Both the position numbers and the translations under genes were made by a program. A DNA stretch of 64,000 nucleotides from Entomortierella parvispora E1425 (lineage: Eukaryota; Fungi; Mortierellomycota). The stretch is from positions 682,001 through 746,000 of the forward strand of contig BQFW01000010.1 of the NCBI GenBank assembly GCA_020891255.1, in the 5' to 3' direction. This document shows, piece by piece, positions 50,246 through 60,688 of the stretch. The notes beneath the pieces were generated by a model, which saw only the letters and a list, made by a program, of their open reading frames with translations, was not told the origin of the DNA and did not search any database. Numbering within the stretch: position 1 is the first letter of the stretch; every line of letters begins with the position of its first letter.

Positions 50246-50793
50246 CTATTCTTGGGCTTGTTTGTCTAAACCCTGTACCTCCTCTTGAGGCCTCGGCAGC
50301 GATTGCAGAATGTGTACTGACGTTACGTTGTCAGTCGCAGCAGGCAGTACTGACGGTGAATGTTGATTAGTGATGCCCAGCTGCAAGATTCGCTCCTCTG
50401 GACCCGACTTACTCATGCTTTCATTGCTGTTGCGACGACCGTCGTTAACACTGCTTGACTCGGACAAGAGGTGCGGCGCCGCCACTACCTCCAATACTGT
50501 GGAAGTAGGGGCCGCCAAACTCGCGTCACTACCCGCTCTGGAGCGACCAAAAAAGGCGCTTGTATTTGATCCGACAAGTCTTAATTTCTCAGAAATATTG
50601 CTGATGACACTTGCGGTCGAAGAAGATCGTGGCCGACCCTTGGAAGCTCCCACTCCTGGAGATGATAAAAGTGTCCCGGGAACCTTCAAGTGTATCCCTG
50701 AAGCTCCTTCAGTGTTAGAGTTGCGCCTGCCTCCGTCACTGCCTGTATCGTTTTTCTCCTGTTGCTCCAGGTGATCTTGTTGCTGTTCCTGTT

Positions 50794-50884
<91 letters not shown>

Positions 50885-51886
50885 ACGCTCTATCAACTCC
50901 CGTCGGTGCTGCGCATTCGCAGTTTCAAGAGCGCGGCGTATTCGTTGTGTAAAGGCGTCAAAGTTGGCATGCTGTTGCTGACGGTAGGTGGCATATGTAG
51001 GATAATTTTCGGTGGATTGAGTCGAGTCCCCTGTCAATGCCCGCGGTCGAGTTTGAAAGTGAACTACGTTGGAAGTGCTAGTTGGAAATACTGCTGGCTG
51101 CACCTCTTCCTGAAACTGATTTTGTTGCCCCTCTGTGTCATCGCTCCTGCCTTGGCCTTCTCTCTCAAGCTCTTTGCCTGAATCGTCAGCAAATCTAGCG
51201 CCTCTGCCGGGAAGGCGTGCCCTTGGCTTTCCTTCGGTCGCGGACGATGGAGCAGCGTTTTTAATCGCAGGTGAAAAAGGCAATGCATCACGACCTGCAG
51301 GTTTGTACAGAAAGACTGGAGGGGCTGGACTGGGAGTGTGGGTTGGAAGTGTAGACTCGACCGTTTGGGAGGCGATCCCGAGCCTTACTCCTAACTGCAA
51401 ATAAGGAAAATAATGAGCAAATTGCTCACTAAACAGGTTTTGCTCTTCTCCCCCGGCAAAGGCCCAAAAATTAGTCCACGGCAGCACAACGAAAAAAAGG
51501 GGGAACGGACAATCGATCTACCGGCTGGAGGGTGCTGCGAGCGCAGTCCTCTCCCATTCGTCACAGGGAAAAGAAAATACCGACGTTGAGGGTCCAAAAG
51601 GGGGATCCATGCAGGGTCACCTTTAGACAGACAGACAGACAGACGCCTGCATGCGCGCGCACTCACGACACACTCCTACTCAAGAGGTTGCATCCCGAAT
51701 ATTTCTTACCGAAAATGCAATCCAAAGACCAAAGTACAAGACAAGGACGATGATGACTGTGGTTGAGGAGATATCACCACCGTTCTCGCCATAGAGAACA
51801 GGCAGAGTAATACAGAGTATCACTGCGACAACAAAGATGAACTTTTGAATGTTGCTATGCCAAGGTGGATAGACATGCTTGGCCAT
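50246..51886 (-). CDS. Uncharacterised protein with two N-terminal TM helices and a disordered polyQ tail; exon 1 51886-51710, exon 2 51394-50246
   Basis: Exon 1 is 177 nt, ending FIFVVAVILCITLPVLY...VIIVLVLYFGLWIAFS. A GTAAGA donor and TGCAG acceptor join it in frame to LGVRLGI in ORF 50246-51487. Confidence 0.72.
50796..50885 (-). repeat. (CAGCAA)n hexanucleotide microsatellite encoding about 30 Gln
   Basis: Regular (CTGTTG)n tract on the + strand inside the CDS. Confidence 0.95.
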
Positions 51887-52447
51887 GCTGCTCCTGCAAC
51901 AGATCTCTTTGCTCCAGAGATTTTCAATCGGTCGATAGAATAAGAAAGAGTAAGCAGGAATTGCGATGCAGTGATCGACCGAACGAGAGGCGGTAAGGTC
52001 GATTCAAGGGATAGATGATTGAGAGGAATAGCGAGATAGAGGAGAGTATGAGAGAGTGAAAGGTAATGATGGAACGAGGGAACGAAGGAACGAAGGAGCA
52101 GTAAGAAGAGACAGCGAGAGAGAGGGAGAGAGAAAAGTCCGCCGTCGCGTGTCCTCTTTGTTCCTGGGCCAACCGCCAGCTGTCACAAAACAAAGCAAAA
52201 ATACCCTTAATTTTTGTTGTTGCATGTTACTGTACATCAACAAGGCATTCTACATCTGTTGTGCATGCTCCTCCCGTCGTCATCTGTACAATCCAACACT
52301 TGTCGTGGCTGGACCCAGATCGCCAACCTGTGATTGCATCGATTCACATTCGATTGGATTCACCTATATCGCGCCCCACTTCATAGAACGGAGCTGAGTG
52401 ACAACGACAAGATCCGCCTATTCTCCTGATTCAACTGAAGCACGACA

Positions 52448-55400
52448 ATGACGGACGGTAGCATGCCCCATGAAACCTTGGGCATGAGAAGCGCCGGTTC
52501 GGAGTATAGTCCAGCGCATATGCTTGTGGATAAGGCAAGAGATGGTGGGATACTGATCTCGTTCAACAAGGGCCTCGACTATGTTTCTAGCGATCCTAGG
52601 GCGGCACCAGGGACCGCCATTGGAACCGAGATAACTTTTCTGTCACCGGGGCAGGCAGGAAACGAAAGTCAGATGGCTGATGTGGGTAATCATCCATTCA
52701 AATCCTCGGTCCCTGTCCGAAACTTTGATCCACCCCACTCCTTATTTGAAGGCACTTTCTTACCGCCTGCGCCTGAGGAGAACGGACTATACCATGGACA
52801 TTTAGATGGCGAACCACAGTGCTATATCAAGGTGGAGGAGCAAGAAGAGATGCCTTATTCATCAGCTCGCCTACAGGATGAACAATACATTCGCTCCAAC
52901 CATTACAGTGGCTATCCAGTGGAAGAGCAGGGAGGTATACACGCCCATCACCTCAGGCACGGAAATAAAGTGCAGGAACAAACACAACAAAACCATCGTA
53001 AGTCGACTAGGACAGAAAGTTGAGATGAATCATGTGAAGCAGTGACACCATTATCATGTTCTAATTGCTGCTTGAACAACATTTTGTATGTGAGTAGATG
53101 TTCGTCATAAGAAGCGTATGGATCCTGAAAAATCGGCCCTTATTGAGGAACGTATCAAAAGAGAGAGGCCAAATCGTACGCTGTTCATACGGAACCTGGG
53201 GGTAAGTGGAGTTGATTTGGATGTGTTCTACGCTGAATGCATGAACGATGCCGTTGGCTTTAGACCGCTAACCAACCTTTCGTTTACTTATGGCAACATA
53301 GTATAATGCTGATTTGGAAGACGTCCGTGCACTATACGCTCCGTTCGGGGAAATCAAATCATTATATTCTCTTATCGAGAACCGTGGCCTAGCATTCATC
53401 ACATATGTAAGGATCTACAGCATGGTACCCCTAAGTACATTTTTGATTGCAAGTTGTAACCTTCACTGTACATATAGTTTGATATTCGAGCTGCTGAGTA
53501 TGCGAAGAGGGAGACCCATGGAATGGAACTCGATGGACGCGAGGTGAGACTAGCATGATACCGTTAGTTGAAAAGGTTGCAATTCTTGATTTCCCTTTTT
53601 GACATTATTTATTAACATTTCTTGATAAGCTTGATGTTCATTACTCATTGCCTCGCGATGGTCAGTATTCTAAAGACTGCACCAAGGACAATAACAATGC
53701 AAGTTGACAAATGCTAAATAGTCACCACGTTCCATATCAGAATCAGTGCATTTGACTCACCGTCGCCTTTCTTTACATCTATAACTCATAGGGCACAATA
53801 TTTGCTTTCTTGAAGTGTCCCAGATCGACTATTTTGACAGACCAGGATGTCGAGGATTTTTTTTCTGTTTACGGCGAAATCAAGCTGATTAAAAAAAATC
53901 CTCACACCCCTGGACCGTATGTATACTTCCTGGGAGCTTACAGCGTAATAATCTCGTACATTCATCTCGTACATTCATATCTAATTATTGTGAGCACCAT
54001 AGATGTCGATTTGTCGAGTTCTTTGATAGCCGGGCGTGCGTTCGGGCAGTCTCTGAAGGAAAGGATCAACGACTTCTTGGGGGAGTTCTCGACTGCAAGT
54101 TTGCCTGGGACCAGCCTCGCGGGTATGTTAATGTATGTTTTATGACTTTTTTTTTTCTTGATCTTCACTCTCTACTAAACGATTAATTTGGCTATATAGG
54201 TACCCTCCCGTATATTCTAAGAGTGGCGGTCACGCTGCTCGCGATGAAAAAAGACATATGTCTCGATCGGATCACCACGCCAGGATGCCTTCGCCACCGC
54301 GCTCGCATCGATTATATAACCCTGACGAAAATGCGTACGAGGCCTCCCTACGACGAAGAAAGAGTTCGGACATTAACCGCGAGCAGACAGCAAGTAGGCG
54401 CGAATCCTATGGCTCTAGCTCTCGCCTCGACAGGAGTGAATCGCGGGATCGTGGCTCATATCACAGCCGTAGCTATCAAGAACGCTCCGTTAATGATAGG
54501 CAAGAGGATAGGCAAGAGTCATCTTACGACGAACGCTCCAAACGGGAGAGCTCCTATGATGTTCCTGCAAAACGCGAGAGCTCATATGATATTCGGATAA
54601 AACGTGAAAGCTCGCATAGTTTTCGTCTACGACCGTCTGACCGAGATCTGGAAAAAACTAACTCCAAGGAATGGGGACGTGACACCTTCAGAAGTCGCAG
54701 CCGCAGTCGCAGCCGAGGTCATTCAGAAAACCATGGTTGGACTTTTGAAAGTAGCTCCGCCACTTATGACCGAGATCATATTGGCTCTTCATCGAACGAA
54801 CAACTGCAGTCAGGTATGTTAATATTGGCAGTATATCGTGGGTGACAGTGCAAACAGAGAGTTACATTAACACCTTCGTTCTTTAGCGGCACGGATATTT
54901 GATGAGCAGAGACAACCCACTTCGGCACCTAGTTTTGGATCACGGCCCCTAGGGTCTCTATCCTTTAGGGTGGCTGCAAATAGTCCTAAGGGGGTCACTA
55001 GTCCGACTGATATAACTTTAGCTTCAGCCACATTGAAGGAACGTATGGAACAAGCACAAAAAGCACAAATGGTATGCAGCATGGCCAGGTATTTTGATCC
55101 CCAACTTCAGTAAGCCAGCGCCATTAACCATCCCATTCTTTGTATCGACGTTCAGTTGATGAACACCGTTTTGCAGATGTCTAAAAATACTGGACCAGGA
55201 CAGACAGTCGCAGCAGTGAAATTGGAAGATCGAAGCACTGTCGAACCTCAAAGACCACCAACTCCTGCTGTGCATCCTGCAGTCTCCTCAAGAGGCGAGT
55301 ATGGTAACCACAACACCGACCCACTTGTAAAATCACGACAAACGTCAGGTGTGCCGCTTCCCATGCCCAATTTTATAACATCACCTGTAGCTTATAATCA

Positions 55401-57070
55401 GCTTGAGCAATCACATTCGCCACGACAGAAGCTGTATGATGAGTGTTCCACATCTAAATCCCATACCGGATTAACCACAAGTCCACCATCTGGCCCATTC
55501 GTCAAAGCCCCAATAACGCCCTCAGCACCATCACATACTTCTAGCACTGAAGCTCAAGTGCATCAACTGCTTCAACTTTTGGTACGTATTGTGTATAACT
55601 TCACTGAAAATGCTAGTTATTTTTACCTTATCTTGTCTTCGACTAATTTACAATGTTTATTCTATTATGCAGACGCAAGTCCAACAACAGAGTCGAGCTT
55701 CCACAAATGGGTCATCAGCACTCGCTCAAAATGCTAATGGCCCAGATTTGATGTCGCTTATGCCGCACCTGAGTCAACTTTCAACGCTTGTGCAACAAAG
55801 TCTTCGAGGGCCAAATGAGCAGCAACAACCACATTTACCTCATTCTTCTCAACTACCTTTCCAACAAACGGGAGGTCAACTGACTAGCAAACCCCCGCCC
55901 ATGTTCCAGCAGGATATCAGGCCCGTGGAGCTTAACCTTACTCGTGGTGCTGGCACAGGCTCTATAGCGACCCCACCGCCTCCACCAGGACCGAGGCCCT
56001 CTATGCCTACTCAATCGTGCAGTAATGTTGCCAGTGCTAGGAATCCTTCTATGGCATTTCGGCCAATTCGCACACCATTGCTGCCGCAGACAGATACAGT
56101 ACTATCCGCATTGCCTATGTCGGATATTCAACGTTCGTACATTCAAAGGAAAAATAATGGCGATATACTGAGCTTTGATCCCACTGCTAGTTCTTCTCAA
56201 ATTGAAATTGAGAGAAAACCACAACCTGGAGTTGCAGTGCCTCAGATATCGAGAATTTCTAGGCCTATGGGGTCACAAGGTCTTTTTGCAGGTAGTCATA
56301 GCAGAGAATCACAAGGAGCTTCCGACAGAAGCAAGGATTACAGGAAACTGGACGAAAATTTTGAGAATCAATACCGGAATCGCACATATCCTAAGGTCGA
56401 AACGCGGCCACGTTCTGACTCAAAGAAACGTCGGCTCGAGGACGATGGAGATGGAGAATATTCAAGAAGAAAAAGGAACTATCGAGAAAGAAGTGCCATC
56501 CAGGAGGATCACGATTACGACAGAGGTGGCGAAAATGGCTGGCATCGTAGCAAGAACTTTGTCAAGAGTAACTCTTGTGAAGAAATTAGTTATGCTCAAC
56601 CCAAGACTAAGGGGCAGGAGCCATCGTTCACTAAGACAACCTATGATACTAACTACGGCAACCGTGAAAACCACTACAACCACCTCCGCCATGGTAATGT
56701 CGATCAAGTCGAAGAACAAGGCCGTGTATTTCAACGTGAAGGCGCAATGCCTGGTGCACGTGGTAGAGGAAGAGGCCGAGGCTCTCATCGCGGAGAATTC
56801 GGTAATGGTGGACGTGGTGGGCGTGGACGCGGTCGGGGTCGGGGGGTTTTTCATCCTGATAATGGCCAGTCTCTTCGCTACGAAAATTTTGATGACCAGA
56901 ACCACGTTGGAGCCAAGGGCTCAATGTCCAGAGTTGTATCTGGCGGAAGTATAGACATCCAGCAAGCTGGTCAGTATCATGATCAGATCCAGCGCCATGG
57001 CCAGAATGAGAATTATGGACCGGCAGGGCGAATTGTGTCTGTCAGAGAAGAGCGGATACAAAGGCGGTAG
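52448..57070 (+). CDS. Mei2-like tandem-RRM RNA-binding protein with RS-rich, Pro/Gln-rich and RGG-rich C-terminal regions, multi-exon
   Basis: RRM1: ERPNRTLFIRNL...DVRALYAPFGEIKSLYSLIENRGLAFITY|FDIRAAEYAK...LDVHYSLPRD. RRM2: QGTIFASL...DFFSVYGEIKLIKKNPHTP|RFVEFFDSRAC. Also RSRSRSRSR and GRGGRGRGRGRG. Confidence 0.8.
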
Positions 57071-58849
57071 TGGTGATGGAGGACCAATGATTGTGATTTG
57101 GTTGCACTGCTGTACAAGAAAGCCACTTAAATAACACTCCCAGCTCGGTTTTTTTTCTTTTGCACTCTTCCTCCCCAATTTGATTTTTGCTGATGTTTCT
57201 TGGAGGGCTCTCGTGACTATCGTCATTGGTCTCGCGAGAACGCGATTCGTATGGGGTACCTAATGCAGCTTCCTCTTCTCTCAGGCATTCGCGTCGTCCA
57301 CTGGGTCATCATTCTCAAACTTCAGAACCACTTGACTTTCTCCTAAACACTACTTATTGTCTAAGGTGAAGACCTTATGTATTGCTGTTTTATTCTCACG
57401 GTGCATGTGCAACGCGTCATTGCTCATTGTGGGTGTGGATTGTTTTCCGCAATCCAGAAAGCCTTGCGTTTTGGTTACGCTCACTGTCGCTCATCATATG
57501 CCTCACAAATGTCAGCTAATTGATCTTGAATCTTATCCCACTTTGATCCATTTAAAATTCTCAATGTGACATTCTAGGTGATCGTCAAGCACTTTTCTCA
57601 AAATGAAAGCTTTTCCAGAGTTTTGTAGTTGAAGATACCCTTGACCATGCCAAATTTGAACAGCAGTACTCGTGCTATATATCATAAGTGGAAAACAAAG
57701 AAGCGACGCCCTGTACTGAACATGACTGAGTATGATTGCATATGAAAGTATGGTATTGCTTGGGAACGCGACTTGCTCTTATGTAAGTAACAGCGGTTCT
57801 TGGTCATTCGTTTATCACCAAGCTGCGGGTAAGAAATGCGGTGGCATATATTTGCATACTGAACCTTTATAATTTTTTATAGCACGGTGCAAGGTGTAAA
57901 AGCAGAAAAGGGTATACCAGCGAAAACATCATATCAGCCCCCTTCACCAGGCGAGGGTTCTGGATCTGCGTCTTCTTCGGGTTCACCATTTCAACATTTT
58001 TAACATTTTTTTCAATTTTTTTTTTCAGCCGCTGTCTGAATTGTCTCTGACAGGACTCTACAACCAACCATGTCGGCCAGTCCGGCGTCAGGACGAACCC
58101 TCTAAGCACATCAAAGGTTCGAGGACTACAAGGTATGAATTTTATTTTCGTGATTGTGTTTCAATGCGATTCGAACTTTCTCTTACGCTATGAATTGAAC
58201 AGATGTAGAAAGTTGGCTGGCCCAAATATCTATTACTCCTTATACCGCTTCGGCCACACGTTTGCCTTTTACGCCATCTGGTCCAACAACTGCGCCCTCT
58301 TGCTCGAGCATTGAGTCGACGTCTTCTACAAAAGCGTCCCCTTCTCTTACAGGGACACCAACATCGAGCCCAGATTTAGTGTATCGCCCAAGCCTCTTCT
58401 CTGCCGGATCCATCCCGGATTCGAACCCTGTACCTTCAAACATGGCCAGTCATTTCTGCCTCGAACCCAGCATCGGAATTGAACTCTGCCGATAGCAATC
58501 CCTATCCAATCGACACTCGTAATAATCTTAATGTTGGAAGAAATCATGGTATTCCAAAAAAACGCGGCCTAACAATGGAGGAGGATGGTCCACTTAAGCA
58601 ACGTATGTCTTATTGAGGAAGCATGCTCATTGTTTTGCTTTAGCTGGACAACTAATGTGTTATCCTGACGTAGGCGTCAGAAGAATACTTATCGAAAATG
58701 AGTCTGACAACGACGATGAGATCGAAGCCACCTGTCAGGATGCGCAAGCTCAAACGAGGTACAGTATGTTCCTCCGTCACCGTTAAAGAGTAGACTTGGT
58801 AACTTCTTCATCCCGCATCCATGACCATTCATAACCAAGAGCATTTCTC

Positions 58850-59689
58850 ATTTAGCAAGTTCCTGACATGGGAGGTAGTAACAACATCGTTGGTATGAGT
58901 GAATCTGACGACCTTCTACTATCAATCGCATCCGTTAAGCACAAAGAGTGCTTCAAGGTAAAGCTACCTCCGCTGTTTCATATCCACAGTATTGTGGTTG
59001 ATTTCTGCTCTTTAATGAAGTTATTCACCAATTTCGTATCCATTGTGCAATGGCTTTAAGATAGGAAGTGCGTGTTATGTATGCTTGACCAATACAAGGA
59101 ATTAGCTATCAAAGCGCTTCAAGAAACAAGGTTAAGCAAGGAGACCCTGCCGGACATAATATAGGAGTACTCCGTGAATATGATCAGAACATACGAGTTT
59201 ATAAACCTATTTTATAGGTGCTAATGCCATCGTATTCGCTTTGATAGGATTGTTACAGGCACATCAGGCACATTTGCACCCTGGAGTCCCTCAGTGCTGA
59301 TGAAAAAAGGTGTTTGGTAAACAATTTCTCAAGAAAATGCAGACTCTCTCGCAATGAAATTGGACGCAGCTGACGATAAGGAGAGCCTGTGCGTTATTCG
59401 ATCGATCCATGTAAGATTGTAAGATTTCATTGCAAAATCACCCGAAATAACAATACGTTAAAACCACTTAGTGGGGAAAGCAGCTGAGATTCTTAGGTGA
59501 AATCAAGCTGCGGTGGTAGTTTCATACAATGTAAGTAGAATGCGCGCCGTTTAGTTTCAGTGTAGAATGTGCTAACTAACCAGCATTGGTTAACTGATGT
59601 ACTGTATTAAGGATCGAAGAGTTGCCCGACAAAAAACAAGGAGGCATATCCGAGGGGACCCTTTTTGCAAATCACGTACAGTATCCCTC
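58850..59689 (+). pseudogene. Possible decayed multi-exon gene ending at the LTR insertion
   Basis: Exon-like segments flanked by AG/GT that carry in-frame stops: KFLTWEVVTTSLV*VNL..., KCVLCMLDQYKELAIKALQE..., VLMKKGVW*TISQENADSL..., IEELPDKKQGGISEGTLFANHVQYP. No family recognised with confidence. Confidence 0.3.
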
Positions 59690-60139
59690 TGTCACGGTCG
59701 GACAAGGCAGGAACAAGAGAAAGAGGGAAGGTATGGTTTATTGGGAATTGTGAATTGCAGACTGGGGAATACAGCTATGAATCAAGGGGGTTTTTATACT
59801 AGAGAGAGGTGCGGGCCTGGACCTAGTCTGCGTTGTGTCAGGGAGGGCGCCGGGAAGTATAATCATAAGCTCGACCTATGAGTTGGGTCGTAGATGGCGA
59901 CAACGGTGATGAAGGAGGAGATGGAGGTCCAAATGGGTGCAGCCGACGGATATATATCAATGATAGATAGAACATCCGAAGTCTAGACCCTGGAGGACTC
60001 CAATGGGTTTGACCCTAGATCCTAGGTTCGGATCCTATATCAAGCAAGACGCGTTCCGACAATGGGTGGAATGGAGTGACCAATTGGTGCCCAGCACGGC
60101 ACGTGACAGATCGCGGCTGATATCTGACGGTTCGTGACA
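59690..60139 (-). mobile_element. 3' LTR (450 bp) of Ty3/Gypsy chromovirus element A
   Basis: TGTCACG...CGTGACA termini; polypurine tract AGGGGGAGGAT immediately upstream on the - strand (60140-60150); TATAAA and AATAAA in - orientation; near-identical copy from 63738. Confidence 0.95.
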
Positions 60140-60148
60140 ATCCTCCCC

Positions 60149-60596
60149 CTAGGAGCGAGCTCCGCGAGCGACTGGGGGTGGACTTGGCTTGAGTGGGAAG
60201 CGAGAGTGGAAGCCGGCAACAAGTTCCGGCGAGTTCTCTGTGTTGACTGCAGGTTGCCATTCCGGATCTGGGTAACCTTTGAATTTGACCAAATACCAAA
60301 GTTGTTTTCCTCGAAATTTAGAGTCCCAAATCTCCTCAACTTCGAATTCTTCATTACCATCGATCTCGATAGCGGGAGGTGGTGGGGCTGTGCGACCAGG
60401 TATTGTGTTGGCACGATAAGGCTCCAGGAGAGAGACGTGAAAAACTGGATGAAGACGAGACATAGTGGGCGGAAGCTGAAGGCGAACCGATCTAGTGTTG
60501 ACTAGCTCGGTAATCTTGAATGGACCCAAATTCTTGACATCCAATTTACTGGAGGGTCGGGTGGTCTTGATGTTTGTGCGCTTTAACATGACGAGA
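60149..60596 (-). mobile_element. Element A integrase C-terminus with chromodomain
   Basis: LVMLKRTNIKTTRPSSKLDVKNLGPFKI...LHPVFHVSLLEPY (GPF/GPY motif) followed by chromodomain EEFEVEEIWDSK...WYLVKFKGYPDPEWQP. Confidence 0.95.
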
Positions 60597-60688
60597 TGCA
60601 ATAGTAAAGGCCAAGGGAAGAGCACGAAGATTGAATGATGTTTATTGATATGAAGTCCGGGTATTTATACTAAAGGTTGCGGTGGTGG

